Source: a candidate division FCPU426 bacterium
GTDB taxonomy: Bacteria; Oederibacteriota; Muellerivitia; Muellerivitales; Muellerivitaceae
Direction: 5' to 3'
Length of the DNA: 64,000 nt
Assembly: GCA_963847625.1 (NCBI GenBank)
Contig: CAWKAR010000019.1
Location: 105,335-169,334, forward strand
Below, piece after piece: positions 40,336 to 50,739 of this stretch. Each line of letters begins with the position of its first letter. The first letter of the stretch is position 1. The notes beneath the pieces were generated by a model that saw only the letters and a list, made by a program, of their open reading frames with translations, was not told where the DNA came from and made no database searches. Made by a program: the position numbers and the translations under genes.

Positions 40336-42362
40336 GAAAAAAACCTAAAACCTTCTGTTTCCTGGGCTCCAAGGGGGGCGTGGGAACTTCGCTCGCCGCG
40401 TCCCTGGTCGCCCGCGTGGCGGCGGGGAAATTTTCCAAGAAAATCGCCCTCATCGATGCCATCCCCTCGCATTATTCCCACCTTCCTTATTTCCTTTCAC
40501 TTTCAGCCCCCCAACACCACCTGACCCAGCTCCAGCCCTACGCCGGTCACTTGAACCCCAAAATGGTGGAAACCTTCTTTTCCGCCTCGCCTGAGGGAGT
40601 GGTTTACGCGCCCCTGCGGGACACCGATAACACTAGCCCTTCCCTGCCGGAATTTTTCCCCCTCCTGGACCAGTTCTCGTCCTTCTTCGACTGCCTCTTC
40701 CTCGACCTTTCCTCCTTTCCGAACGACCGGATCTTTCAACTGACAGAGAAGTATCCAGATGTCGTGGTGGTTTCCTCCCTGGACCCCGTCTCCTTGGCTT
40801 GCCTCAGCCTTTGGGAAAAAAGGTTCCTGGCCCAGCACATGGATCTAGGGCGTTTTTCTGTGATTTTCAACCATAACGGTCCTTCCCAAGCCCTTCCCAA
40901 GGACTCCACGGCCTGGGTGAAACATTTGAAAACACTAGGCTCTTTTCCTTTCCTGGGTGAAGGGTTCGCTATGGGCCTGATGGAATCCAACGCCCTCCTC
41001 CCCGATGTGGAAAAAACCCTGGTCCCCCTTTGCGGGAAATTCCTCGAACTGGAGGTAAAAGCAGGCACCCCTGCGGAAACCCCAGCGGCCCCGGGGAAGG
41101 ACTCCACGGAAACTACGCCCTATACCTTGGAGGACATCCACCAGCTCCACCAAAAGCTTTTGGAACGCTTGAGGGCCAAGGGATTCCTAAAAGAACAAAA
41201 AACCAACGAGTCCTTGGAGCGCCGGTCCCTGGAGCCCAAGGCCCGGGAAATCCTCGACCAGATCATCCAAGACATGAAGTTGCCGGGCCGGGAGGTCCGC
41301 CAAAAGCTGTCCGCTGAAACCATGGACTTGGCTTTCGGGCTGGGTCCTTTGGAGCCGCTCCTGGAGGATTCTGCGGTCACCGAGATCATGGTCAACGGAC
41401 CCTCCCTGGTTTATGTCGAGAAAAAAGGCCTGCTGGAGAAATCCCTCGCCCGGTTCCTGGACGACCAGCAACTCCGCACCGTGATCGAGAGGATTCTAGC
41501 GCCCATTGGGAGGAGAATCGACGAGAGCCAGCCCTACGTGGACGGGCGCCTTTTGGACGGCTCCCGGGTCAACGCGGTAATTCCTCCCTTGAGCTTGATC
41601 GGCCCTGTCTTGACCATCCGAAAATTCTCCAAGAAGAAGTTGACGGTGGAGGACCTTATTCAGTTCGGCTCCCTCACCCGTGAAGCGGCGGATTTCCTGG
41701 GCGCCTGCGTGAAAGCCCGTAAGAACATCGTGGTTTCCGGCGGCACCGGGTCGGGCAAGACCACACTCCTGAACGTGCTTTCGAACTTCATCCCCCCCGG
41801 CGAGCGCATCGTCACCATCGAGGACTCGGCTGAGCTTCAACTCTCTCAAGAACACGTGGTGCGCCTGGAAGCCCGTCCGGCCAACTTGGAGGGCAAGGGC
41901 CAAGTGACCATCCGCGACCTGGTCATCAACGCGCTTCGCATGAGACCCGACCGCATCGTAGTGGGCGAGGTGCGCGGCGGTGAGGCCCTGGACATGCTTC
42001 AGGCCATGAACACGGGCCATGACGGCTCCCTCACTACCGCCCATGCCAACGCGCCCCGGGATGCGCTGTCCCGCCTGGAAACCATGGCGCTTTTCACCGG
42101 ACTGGAGCTGCCCCTCAAGGCCATCCGGGAGCAGATCGCCCGGGCCATCCATCTGGTCGTCCAGCAGAGCCGGCTTCCCAGCGGCAAGAGGTCGGTCACG
42201 CAGGTCTCGGAAGTACAGGGAATGGAGGGGGACGTGATTACCACATTGGATTTGTTCGTTTACGAAGAGGGCCAGGGTCTCGTGAGAAAACCCTTCCCGC
42301 CTTCCTTCATCGCCGGCTTGAAGGCTGTCGGCTATCAATGGCCCGCGAAAGGGCCAAAGTAA
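40320..42362 (+). CDS. CpaE/TadZ-like (MinD-type) domain fused to CpaF/TadA ATPase
   Basis: N-terminal [14 protein letters not shown]-terminal [55 protein letters not shown]. Confidence 0.88.
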   Translation: MGPSLGKKPKTFCFLGSKGGVGTSLAASLVARVAAGKFSKKIALIDAIPSHYSHLPYFLSLSAPQHHLTQLQPYAGHLNPKMVETFFSASPEGVVYAPLRDTDNTSPSLPEFFPLLDQFSSFFDCLFLDLSSFPNDRIFQLTEKYPDVVVVSSLDPVSLACLSLWEKRFLAQHMDLGRFSVIFNHNGPSQALPKDSTAWVKHLKTLGSFPFLGEGFAMGLMESNALLPDVEKTLVPLCGKFLELEVKAGTPAETPAAPGKDSTETTPYTLEDIHQLHQKLLERLRAKGFLKEQKTNESLERRSLEPKAREILDQIIQDMKLPGREVRQKLSAETMDLAFGLGPLEPLLEDSAVTEIMVNGPSLVYVEKKGLLEKSLARFLDDQQLRTVIERILAPIGRRIDESQPYVDGRLLDGSRVNAVIPPLSLIGPVLTIRKFSKKKLTVEDLIQFGSLTREAADFLGACVKARKNIVVSGGTGSGKTTLLNVLSNFIPPGERIVTIEDSAELQLSQEHVVRLEARPANLEGKGQVTIRDLVINALRMRPDRIVVGEVRGGEALDMLQAMNTGHDGSLTTAHANAPRDALSRLETMALFTGLELPLKAIREQIARAIHLVVQQSRLPSGKRSVTQVSEVQGMEGDVITTLDLFVYEEGQGLVRKPFPPSFIAGLKAVGYQWPAKGPK

Positions 42363-42380
42363 AAGTTCTTTTGAGGAAAG

Positions 42381-42875
42381 CTATTTCTTTTTCTTTTGTT
42401 CCTTGGCGGGCTTTTCCTTCTCGAATGTCGTCGGAGGCGCTGGTTGGTAGGAAGTATCCCCGACCGGAGTGATGGCCGCGATTTCGGCTTTGTATTTTTC
42501 GTAATCGTTCGGCTGTTGGTTGCGCTCCGTCATCGTCCGAAGGTCCGCGTCCAAAGGCCCCTCCGGCGGCACGAAATCCCCCAGGTAAGCCCGGCAGATC
42601 CATTCCTTCTCCGCCGCCATGTCAACGTAATGGGTGTGGGGCAGGTAGTAGAATTCCTGGACTTCCTGGTAGTCCCACATGGCTTCCTTGTATTTCTGCT
42701 GTTTGAAGTGCTCTTCCCCCCTCAAGTAGGACGCCCGGGCCCGCCGGATCACTTCCAGGTTGGCCATGCCATAGGCGATCAAAAGGGTGATGACGACCAC
42801 CAGGGTGGTTTTCACCCCCTGCTTGGTGATGAAGGGTTTGCTTTCCTTGATGACTTTATTTTCAGTCTCGCTCAC
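42381..42875 (-). CDS. Membrane-anchored hypothetical protein with one TPR-like motif
   Basis: GGAGG RBS, GTG start, TM helix; directly downstream of pheS. Confidence 0.75.
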   Translation of the reverse strand: MSETENKVIKESKPFITKQGVKTTLVVVITLLIAYGMANLEVIRRARASYLRGEEHFKQQKYKEAMWDYQEVQEFYYLPHTHYVDMAAEKEWICRAYLGDFVPPEGPLDADLRTMTERNQQPNDYEKYKAEIAAITPVGDTSYQPAPPTTFEKEKPAKEQKKKK

Positions 42876-42887
42876 AACCGCCTCCGG

Positions 42888-43901
42888 TTAAAACTGGTTT
42901 AGGAACCTCAAATCGTTCTGGTAAAAGAGCCGTATATCGTCAATATCATACTTAAAGAGGGCGATGCGCTCCACCCCCATTCCAAAGGCGAAACCGGTCC
43001 ATTTTTCCGCGTCAATCCCGCAATTCTGGAATACCGCCGGGTCGATCATGCCGCAACCCAGCAATTCCACCCAGCCGGATTGCTTGCAAATCCGGCACCC
43101 CTTCCCCTCGCAAAAAATGCAGGAAATATCCATTTCAGCGCTCGGCTCGGTGAAGGGGAAAAAACTGGGTCTGAACCGGGTTTTGACCTGGGAACCGAAA
43201 AATTTCTTGATAAAAACATCCAAAGTCCCCTTCAAATGACCGAAATGGACCCCCTCGTCCACTAAAAAGCCCTCCACTTGGTGAAATATGTGGTGGTGGG
43301 TGGCGTCGATCGCCTCGTGGCGGTAAACCCGGCCCGGAGCGATGAACTTGAAGGGAGGCTTATTCTTTTCCATGATCCGCACCTGGATGGGCGAGGTATG
43401 CGTGCGAAGGAGCAGTTCATTGCTGACGTAAAAGGTGTCCTGGGCGTCCCGGGCGGGATGGTCAGGGGGAAAATTCAGGGCCAGAAAGTTGTAATAATCC
43501 GTCTCCACATCGGGCCCTTCGGCGATATCGAAACCCATTTCCCTGAAGATGGAGCGGATCTCATCCAAAACCTTGGTCAGGGGGTGGGTCTTTCCATAGG
43601 GGAGGGCTCGACCTGGTAGGGTTGGGTCGAATTCGGGGTTGGACTGTAGGGAGGAGTTGATCTCCAAATCCGACTTCTTCCCCTCCAACAAAGTGGCGAT
43701 CCGGTTCTTGGCGTCGTTGCAAGCCTTACCAGCCTGGGGCCGTTCTTCCGGCGGTACTTGGCCCAGGCCCTTCAAGATTTCGGTGACCAGCCCGTTCTTT
43801 CCAAGGAATTTAACACGAATTTCCTCGATGGTTTTCAAATCCGGGGCTTGGAGGACGGCCCGCTCGGCTTCCTGGATGATAGTTGTTATGCGTTCTTGCA
43901 T
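42888..43901 (-). CDS. pheS: Phenylalanine-tRNA ligase alpha subunit
   Basis: HPARDAQDTF, LLRTHTSP, FHQVEG, FPFTEPS, FAFGMGVER. Confidence 0.98.
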   Translation of the reverse strand: MQERITTIIQEAERAVLQAPDLKTIEEIRVKFLGKNGLVTEILKGLGQVPPEERPQAGKACNDAKNRIATLLEGKKSDLEINSSLQSNPEFDPTLPGRALPYGKTHPLTKVLDEIRSIFREMGFDIAEGPDVETDYYNFLALNFPPDHPARDAQDTFYVSNELLLRTHTSPIQVRIMEKNKPPFKFIAPGRVYRHEAIDATHHHIFHQVEGFLVDEGVHFGHLKGTLDVFIKKFFGSQVKTRFRPSFFPFTEPSAEMDISCIFCEGKGCRICKQSGWVELLGCGMIDPAVFQNCGIDAEKWTGFAFGMGVERIALFKYDIDDIRLFYQNDLRFLNQF

Positions 43902-44189
43902 CCGTTTTCCATTATGGATTTGATGATGAAACGGCTAAGAAGACCATATTATTTATTTTTCGGGGGTAAATTGCATCAAGAAAAGGAAAAACTAGCGGTC
44001 TTTCGGGGAAAAAGTCTCAAGGGTGGAGGGTTCTTTGGCTTTCCGCAAGTAAAGGTATAAAAGGAAGGCCTCAACGGAACCGGTCTGCTCGAATTTTCGC
44101 CAGCATATTTCCGTGCGTTTTGTTTCCGGCAGGGTTTGCGTAGGTTGGGAGAATTCTTTGTTCATTTTTTCCAGCTTTTTGTTCAGTTT

Positions 44190-45020
44190 TCAAAGTTTAT
44201 CACCCACCCCCGGGGGAGTCAAGAAACGGGCCCGAAATTGTGCGAAAAAAAGGGCCAAACTCGCTGCGACTCCCGCGTTCAGGGATTCCACCTTCCCTTT
44301 CATCGGAATGCTCGCCCTTTCCCAGGCCCGCGCCGACAAGGCCTCGGGCAGGCCGGTTCCTTCGGTCCCGATCCAAAAAGCCGTGGGCCCGGTAAGGTCC
44401 AATTCGAATAACGTTTTCGGTGCCGTCCCGGTCAAGGCTACGGACCTGAAAACGTTCTCATCCAACCAAGCCATGTGGTCCTCCCAGGATTTTCCGCCCA
44501 TGAAAGGAATCCTGAATAGGGAGCCCATGGATGCGCGCACGGCCTTGGGGTTGAACGGATCGCAGCATCCTTCAGTCAAGAGAATCCCACCCGCTCCAAA
44601 AGCCTCCGCCGAGCGGAATAGTGTCCCTAAATTCCCGGCGTCTTGGATTTGGAAGGCGGCAAGCAGCAGGGCGGGAGTAGTCGCCGGCCATTCCGGCGCC
44701 GGTTTTTTGACGACGGCCAAGATGCCCTGGGGGGTCACTGTATCGGCAAGGTACGAAACGATTTTGGAGGGGATTTCAAAGCACCGGATCTTGTGCTGAT
44801 GGGCCGTTTCCAGGATCTGGCTTCCCTCGGCCGTGGCGTAAGCCTGGGCTGTGGCGAAAAGATACCTGACGGTCAGGCCGGTTTCCAACGCTTCCTTGAC
44901 CAGGTGGAAACCCTCGCAAAGGAAATCCTCGGCTTGTTTGGCTTTTTTCGGGACTTTGAGGGAATAGGCGTGTTTCACCATGGAATTGGAAACACTTTGC
45001 ACGACGGGAATTTCCCTCAT
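44190..45020 (-). CDS. TrmH/SpoU family RNA methyltransferase
   Basis: QDAGNLGTLFRSA; GTEGTGL; IPMKGKVESLNAGVA. Confidence 0.95.
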   Translation of the reverse strand: MREIPVVQSVSNSMVKHAYSLKVPKKAKQAEDFLCEGFHLVKEALETGLTVRYLFATAQAYATAEGSQILETAHQHKIRCFEIPSKIVSYLADTVTPQGILAVVKKPAPEWPATTPALLLAAFQIQDAGNLGTLFRSAEAFGAGGILLTEGCCDPFNPKAVRASMGSLFRIPFMGGKSWEDHMAWLDENVFRSVALTGTAPKTLFELDLTGPTAFWIGTEGTGLPEALSARAWERASIPMKGKVESLNAGVAASLALFFAQFRARFLTPPGVGDKL

Positions 45021-45094
45021 AGGGAAGGCCTTCCGTTACAGGTCAAAGAAACACCCATTCCCCGGGGGAAAGGATGCGGAGCTTTAAAACCACA

Positions 45095-45454
45095 TCAGGA
45101 GGCTTTCGCGCCCTTCGCCATTTCCACCAGTTGCGCGAAGGCTTTCGCGTCGGCAACGGCCAAATCCGCCAGCATTTTCCGGTCCAAGTCCACCGAGGCG
45201 TTCTTCAAACCGTTCATCAACTGGCTGTAGGACATTCCGTGCAGGCGGGCCGCGGCGTTGATGCGGGTAATCCAAAGCCTCCGGAACTCCCGTTTGCGGG
45301 CTTTCCGGTCGCGAAACGCGTAGTTTCCGGATCGTTTGGAAGCTTCCCGGACGGTCCGGTATTGGCGGCTTTTTGCCCCCCAATATCCCTTGGTAAGCTT
45401 GAAAAATTTCTTTTTCCTTTTCCTTTTCGCGACTGCCCTTTTGATCCTTGCCAT
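45095..45454 (-). CDS. rplT: 50S ribosomal protein L20
   Basis: MARIKR...[21 protein letters not shown]...[10 protein letters not shown]. Confidence 0.98.
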   Translation of the reverse strand: MARIKRAVAKRKRKKKFFKLTKGYWGAKSRQYRTVREASKRSGNYAFRDRKARKREFRRLWITRINAAARLHGMSYSQLMNGLKNASVDLDRKMLADLAVADAKAFAQLVEMAKGAKAS

Positions 45455-45533
45455 TTTTCAACTCCACTGTTTTATTTAGTCATCCTCGCGAAAAAGGTGC
45501 TTGACGGGCTTTCAAATTCGCGGGATTGAGTCT

Positions 45534-45734
45534 TTAAATCCCTATCATCTTCTTGATTCGCTTGGTATGGGTCGCCCCCAGGAGCGGATGCCGTTTCAAT
45601 TGCCGCTTGCGCTTGGAGGACTTATGGGCCATAAGATGGCTGCGGTTGTTTTGTCTCTTGATTTTCAACTTGCCGGTGGCAGTGACCTTGAACCGCTTCA
45701 AGATGCTCTTTTTCGTCTTGAACCCCTTACCCAT
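45534..45734 (-). CDS. rpmI: 50S ribosomal protein L35
   Basis: KTKKSILKRFKVTATGKL...HLMAHKSSKRKRQL. Confidence 0.95.
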   Translation of the reverse strand: MGKGFKTKKSILKRFKVTATGKLKIKRQNNRSHLMAHKSSKRKRQLKRHPLLGATHTKRIKKMIGI

Positions 45735-46353
45735 TTTCCACGTCCTTTTTTTCGATTTCTTTTTCTTCAGTGTCCTTTTCTTCAGTGTCTTTTTTTTCGG
45801 TTTCTTTTTTCTCAGTGTTTTGCTTCTGCCCCGGCTTCGCGGGCCTGGGATTAAACACGGCTACGATCTGCATACCCTCATCCTTGGGAGGCGAATCGAT
45901 CTCAGCCATATCGTCCAGGTCCTGCACCACCCGTTCCATGAGTTGTTTGCCCAGTTCCTTGTGGCTGAGTTCCCTTCCGCGAAACATCAGCGTGACCTTG
46001 ACCTTGTCCCCGCGCTCGAAAAAGTTCCAGGCCATCCTCAGCTTCGTCTGGTAATCATGCTCGTCGATTTTGGGACGGATCTTGATTTCCTTGACCTTCA
46101 CCACCTTTTGCCGCTTTTGGGCTTCCTTTTCCCTCTTTCGTTGGGCGTATTTGAACTTGCCGTAATTCAGGATGCGGCAGACCGGTGGGACACCCTCCGG
46201 CGCGACTTCCACCAAATCCAGGTTCCTTTCGCGGGCGGTGGCCAGTGCCTTGGTCAAATCCACGATGCCGAGTTGTTCCCCGGCGTCGCCGACCAACCTT
46301 ACCTGCCTGGCGCGGATTTGATGGTTGATCCTTAATTCTTTTGTGGAAGAAAT
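45727..46353 (-). CDS. infC: Translation initiation factor IF-3 (ATT start)
   Basis: AGGAGG then ATT at 46353; RINHQIRARQVRLV, PPVCRILNYGKF, KVTLMFRGRE. Confidence 0.96.
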   Translation of the reverse strand: MSSTKELRINHQIRARQVRLVGDAGEQLGIVDLTKALATARERNLDLVEVAPEGVPPVCRILNYGKFKYAQRKREKEAQKRQKVVKVKEIKIRPKIDEHDYQTKLRMAWNFFERGDKVKVTLMFRGRELSHKELGKQLMERVVQDLDDMAEIDSPPKDEGMQIVAVFNPRPAKPGQKQNTEKKETEKKDTEEKDTEEKEIEKKDVENG

Positions 46354-46379
46354 GTTGAGGTACCTCCTGAATTTTGGAT

Positions 46380-46500
46380 AAAAAAAAACGGACCCAAGAA
46401 GGGGCCCGTCGGGAAGAAAAAGATATCCCCTGGGAAAGCGGATATTCTTCGAACCCGTTCGCCGGAGGCTTAGGGTGAGGGACGGAGCCCTGCTTGAGGT
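46380..46500 (-). promoter_or_regulatory. L20 leader-like attenuator with intrinsic terminator
   Basis: AAGCAGGGCTCCGTCCCTCACCC motif, then hairpin ACGGGCCC-CTTCTT-GGGTCCGT followed by a U-run, upstream of infC-rpmI-rplT. Confidence 0.65.
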
Positions 46501-46549
46501 AGGAATACTAACTTCGTGGGTTTTCTTTGTCAAACCTTTTTGGGGGGTT

Positions 46550-48376
46550 TTACAGGGGCAGATCCACGTCGGCGAAATTGTCCATCAACCGGCCCTGGAC
46601 CATGGCCAGCAAGGCGGCCTGGGCCCGGTCGGCCGGGACCTGGGCTTGTTTTTCCACGGCGTACCTTCGCCAGGTCACGGTGCGGTCCCGCGATTCGTTC
46701 GCCCCGACGATCCAGACGTTGGGGATCTTCCGCGTGATGGCGTTTCGCACTTTCTTGGAGAAGGAGTCGGTGGAGGAATCCACCTCGGCCCGGATCATTT
46801 TCTCCCTCAGGCTCCCCGCCAATTCCTGCGCGTAGGGGAGGAAATCCTCGGCCACCGGGATCACCTTCAATTGGACGGGCGCCATCCAGGCCGGGAAAGC
46901 CCCACCCCACCTTTCGATCAGGAAGGAGATAAAGCGCTCATGGGTGCTCAAGGGCGCCCGGTGGATGATGAACGGCCTTTGTTTGGTTCCGTCCGGGGCC
47001 GCGTACTCGAGGTTGAACCGCTCGGCGGAGGTGAAATCCAGTTGGATGGTGGAAAGGGTCTCCTCGCGCCCCAGGACGTTCTCGGTCTGGTAGTCGATCT
47101 TGGGGCCGTAAAAAGCCGCCTCGCCTTGGACCTCTTCGTACTCCACCCCCATTTCCCTTAAAACTTTTCTCAGCATGTCCTCGGTCTTGATCCAAAGATC
47201 CTCATTCTCGACGAATTTCTCCTTGTCCTGGTCGTGCAGGGACAGCCGCACCCAGATCTTGTCCATGCGGAATTTCTCATAATAAAGCTTGTGCATGGCG
47301 GCGATCTTTTTCACCTCTGAGGATATCTGGTCCAGGGTGCAATAGAGGTGCGCGTCGTTCATGGCCATCCCCCTCACCCTCAGGAGCCCGGCCAACTGGC
47401 CGGATTTCTCGAACCGGTAAACCGACCCGTACTCGGCGAGCCTCAAGGGGAGTTCCCGGTAGCTCCGGGGGCGGTTCAGGTAAATCATGTGGTGGTGGGG
47501 GCAGTTCATGGGCTTGAGGTAGAACTCCTCCGGGGGCGAGTCCGGGTCCTTCTCCACGCTTCGCATCGGGGGAAACATGGAATCCTTGTAAAGTTGGAGG
47601 TGGCCCGAGAGCTTGTAAAGCTCGCCGTTGGCGATGTGGGGGGTGGCGACCCGGACATACCCGTCCTTGAATTCCAGTTCCTTGGCGAATTTCTCCAGTT
47701 CCTCCCGGATGACCGTCCCGTTGGGAAGCCAGAGTGGAAGGCCTTTCCCCACCCGCTCCTCGATGGAAAAAATCTCCAGTTCCTGGCCCAATTTCCGGTG
47801 GTCGCGTTTCAAGGCCAGTTCCCGGTCCTTGATGAATTCCTTTAATTCTTTTTCTGTCGGATAGGCCAAACCGTAAATGCGGGTGAGCATGGGTTTTTTG
47901 GAGTCACCGCGCCAGTAGCTTCCGGCGATGGAATCCAGCTTGAAGCTGTTCACGGGGATTTTGGAGCTTTCTTCCACGTGGGGCCCCTCGCACATGTCCA
48001 CGAAGGGTCCGCAGGTGTAAAAGCTGAGGGACTCCCCCGCCTCCAGCAGTTCCTGGGCGTATTCCGCCTTGAGTTTCTGGCCCATCCCGTCGAGTTTCTT
48101 CAGGGCCTGCTCCTTGGGAAGGTCCTCGCGCGTGAACTTCTGCTTTCCCTGGATGATCTTGCGCATGCGCTTTTCCAGGTCGGGCAGGTCGGCTTCGGTG
48201 AGGGGTGATTCCAGGAGGAAATCGTAATAAAAGCCCGTGCGGACGGGGGGGCCGAAACCCATTTGGGCCTTGGGGCGCACCTGCAGGACCGCCTCGGCCA
48301 GGATATGGGCCAGGGAATGGCGCATCCGGTAAAGCGATTCATCCATTTTGTGTTTAGGTTCGTATTTTTCGGACAT
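46550..48376 (-). CDS. thrS: Threonine-tRNA ligase
   Basis: RHSLAHILA, DMCEGPH, RDHRKLG, KPMNCP, GEAAFYGPKID, IHRA. Confidence 0.98.
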   Translation of the reverse strand: MSEKYEPKHKMDESLYRMRHSLAHILAEAVLQVRPKAQMGFGPPVRTGFYYDFLLESPLTEADLPDLEKRMRKIIQGKQKFTREDLPKEQALKKLDGMGQKLKAEYAQELLEAGESLSFYTCGPFVDMCEGPHVEESSKIPVNSFKLDSIAGSYWRGDSKKPMLTRIYGLAYPTEKELKEFIKDRELALKRDHRKLGQELEIFSIEERVGKGLPLWLPNGTVIREELEKFAKELEFKDGYVRVATPHIANGELYKLSGHLQLYKDSMFPPMRSVEKDPDSPPEEFYLKPMNCPHHHMIYLNRPRSYRELPLRLAEYGSVYRFEKSGQLAGLLRVRGMAMNDAHLYCTLDQISSEVKKIAAMHKLYYEKFRMDKIWVRLSLHDQDKEKFVENEDLWIKTEDMLRKVLREMGVEYEEVQGEAAFYGPKIDYQTENVLGREETLSTIQLDFTSAERFNLEYAAPDGTKQRPFIIHRAPLSTHERFISFLIERWGGAFPAWMAPVQLKVIPVAEDFLPYAQELAGSLREKMIRAEVDSSTDSFSKKVRNAITRKIPNVWIVGANESRDRTVTWRRYAVEKQAQVPADRAQAALLAMVQGRLMDNFADVDLPL

Positions 48377-48434
48377 GGGACACCTGGTGAAGAAGTTGCG
48401 TACTTTACATTAAAGATACTCAAAATAAAACTTT

Positions 48435-48530
48435 GCCACAGATGCATGGGATACATGGGATTTAATAAACATAAATATTTAAAGCCTTTTTTCTTCGGTC
48501 ATCTAAATGCATCCCCTGAATCCGTGGCTA
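48435..48530. repeat. Dispersed palindromic element, copy D
   Basis: Closely similar to 569-665 and 3153-3250. Confidence 0.85.
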
Positions 48531-48558
48531 AGACGATGGTTTTTTCTTTACATTTTTT

Positions 48559-49016
48559 TGACCGGCGTAACGAACGTCGAACCGTGCTTCGCACTCAAGG
48601 GTGAAACTTATGTTTCCCCCTTGCGCCCCCTTCTTGAATGAGCGAGGAAACGCGTACGCTCTTCCTCGCGCTCCATCCTGTTTCTCGTCCAGTTCTATAT
48701 TTTATAAAAATGGTGGGCGTAACGAACGTCGAACCGCGCAAAGCGCTCACGGGGAAAAAACCCCGTGTACCCCTTTGAACAGCCGGGAAAACTTCCGTTT
48801 TCCCGCACCTTTTCCCCTGGTTCTCGTCCAGGGTCCTTTACCCACTTTTCGCTTCGCGAAAAATGGTGGGCGTAACGGGCGTCGAACCGCGCAAAGCGCT
48901 CACGGGGAAAAAACCCCGTGTACCCCTTTGAACAGCCGGGAAAACTTCCGTTTTCCCGCACCTTTTCCCCTGGTTCTCGTCCAGGGTCCTTTACCCACTT
49001 TTCGCTTCGCGAAAAA
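48559..49016 (-). repeat. tRNA-Val-linked tandem repeats (two near-identical 153-bp units plus one degenerate unit)
   Basis: TGGTGGGCGTAAC at 48711, 48864 and 49017 (period 153); degenerate unit from 48559. Confidence 0.9.
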
Positions 49017-49093
49017 TGGTGGGCGTAACTGGACTCGAACCAGTGACCCCTTCCATGTCAAGGAAGTACTCTAACCAGCTGAGCTATACGCCC
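49017..49093 (-). tRNA. tRNA-Val(GAC)
   Basis: GGGCGTATAGCTCAGCTGGTTAGAG...TTGACAT...GGTTCGAGTCC...CGCCCACCA. Confidence 0.97.
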
Positions 49094-49154
49094 CCGTAAA
49101 CCGGCTAAAAAAACGAATCACCAGCCGTCAAAAACATGACCGCCGGCACAAATA

Positions 49155-49230
49155 TGGAGGCGGCAGGCGGATTTGAACCGCCGAATCGCGGTTTTGCAGA
49201 CCGCTCCCTTAACCACTTGGGTATGCCGCC
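49155..49230 (-). tRNA. tRNA-Cys(GCA)
   Basis: GGCGGCATACCCAAGTGG...CTGCAAA...GGTTCAAATCC...GCCTCCA. Confidence 0.97.
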
Positions 49231-49390
49231 CCGTTCATCGCGTTCGTCAGAGGATAAACCCCTTGGCCTTCCCTTTTCCATAGGTAATCCGGGGGTAAAA
49301 ACATAACGCCCATGCATAAGCATGGGCGGCCGGGTAAACCCACTTTTCAACGAAAACAGCTTTTAAAGCCTCCCGAAGGAGGAACGAGGA

Positions 49391-49465
<75 letters not shown>

Positions 49466-49485
49466 ACAATGATTTCCGGATGCTC

Positions 49486-50739
49486 CTAAGCCGGTGGCAC
49501 AGATTTGGCACAGTCCCCGATGGTCATTCCTTCGGCAGTCCGTGCCACTTCGACCAATTGCTCATCCGAAAACTGAACGTACACATCGGTCGATTTTCTG
49601 CTCCTATGGCCCGCAAAGCTACCTAAAAGCCTGTCTCCCACCCCCTGCAAGGCCAGCCGGGTGAGACAAAGATGCCGCGTATCATAAAAACGCAGTTTTT
49701 TCTGTTTTAAACCGGGCAACTTGACCGACGCCAAGGCGATAGTTTTACCAAAAATGGAGCGCATGTTGCAAGTCTTAAGGCGCCTGCCCATTACCGAGAA
49801 AAGGAAGTCATCAGACCCCTTTTTCGCGGCATTTCTCAAGACGATTTCTTCGACAGTCTTGAGTATTGGTATTGTCCTCCCATGGCCGGTCTTTCCCGGT
49901 TTGATAAAAACAAATAACCTGCCTTCCGTTCCTTGTTTTGTCGGCACTTCTCTTCTTGAAATATCCCGAATTTGGATATCAAGAGCCTCTTGTACCCTCG
50001 TCCCTTGATGGAGTCTGAAAAGAAAGACATCCCGGAAGAGTTCCGCCGGCACCCTGAAACGGACTGTGGGAAACCGCTTATAGCGTTTCTCAATTTCCCC
50101 CAGGGCTTCCAAAATGGCTTCGAATTCCTCTTCCGACAAGGTAATTGCTTTAGGCTCTGGCGGCTTTGGGAAAAAGTTTGGATTCTGGTCCAAGATTGCC
50201 CTGATCGGATTTTTGTCCGCGAAACCCTTCTTTATCGCGAACTTGAAAATCCGGTCAATGTGCCCCTTGTAGTCCAGCTGATTCCATCCATTAACTATTA
50301 CCCGCCGCCCACTCCTATCCTCCGCGTATTTGTTCCGGCTGTTAAACCAGTCGGCCAAGACGCTGGTAGTGATTTCTCCAACCAGCTTGTCTCCAAATAC
50401 GCTTCGTAGAAGCTCGATTTTTTGCTTGATGTTCCTTTCAAAGGACGGTTTTGAACGCATCTTCAAAACCGGGTCCTCCAGGTAACAATCCAGCACTTCC
50501 TTAAACGGGACAGTTCCAACCGGCCTTTTCCGTGGGTCGTATCCCTCATTAAGCCGCATCTGTAGCTCAGTACGGCTCCTCTCAAGGTCCTTGATTTTCT
50601 TAAGTTCCCTGAGTTCGGGGTATTCCGCCACCGGAAAACGGGTCGATAGATAACGGGAATTCCCCGTTCCATCGACCCAGTAAAAATACCAGTTGGCCCT
50701 ATTCGAACGCTGCTTAATCTCGACGAGAATTGGCATCAC
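49486..50739 (-). CDS. Tyrosine recombinase / site-specific integrase
   Basis: QGTRVQE, KTG, RFYDTRH (Y in place of H), FAGH, TDVY catalytic motifs. Confidence 0.92.
   Translation of the reverse strand: MMPILVEIKQRSNRANWYFYWVDGTGNSRYLSTRFPVAEYPELRELKKIKDLERSRTELQMRLNEGYDPRKRPVGTVPFKEVLDCYLEDPVLKMRSKPSFERNIKQKIELLRSVFGDKLVGEITTSVLADWFNSRNKYAEDRSGRRVIVNGWNQLDYKGHIDRIFKFAIKKGFADKNPIRAILDQNPNFFPKPPEPKAITLSEEEFEAILEALGEIEKRYKRFPTVRFRVPAELFRDVFLFRLHQGTRVQEALDIQIRDISRREVPTKQGTEGRLFVFIKPGKTGHGRTIPILKTVEEIVLRNAAKKGSDDFLFSVMGRRLKTCNMRSIFGKTIALASVKLPGLKQKKLRFYDTRHLCLTRLALQGVGDRLLGSFAGHRSRKSTDVYVQFSDEQLVEVARTAEGMTIGDCAKSVPPA

Noticed and set aside
43902..44189. T-box leader upstream of pheS (also checked upstream of thrS)
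   Set aside because: No GGTGGNACCGCG T-box sequence on the coding strand.
46354..46533. Long N-terminal extension of IF-3 shown in the ORF track
   Set aside because: The RBS and ATT at 46353 match the known infC start; the upstream region is a leader/terminator.
48601..49074. 157-aa ORF with an internal repeat (and 48695-48961)
   Set aside because: A by-product of the 153-bp repeat; it is antisense to tRNA-Val.
49486..50739. This integrase as the recombinase of the cassette array
   Set aside because: It is 35 kb away, paired with xis at a tRNA, and I saw no 30-bp site nearby; not formally excluded.
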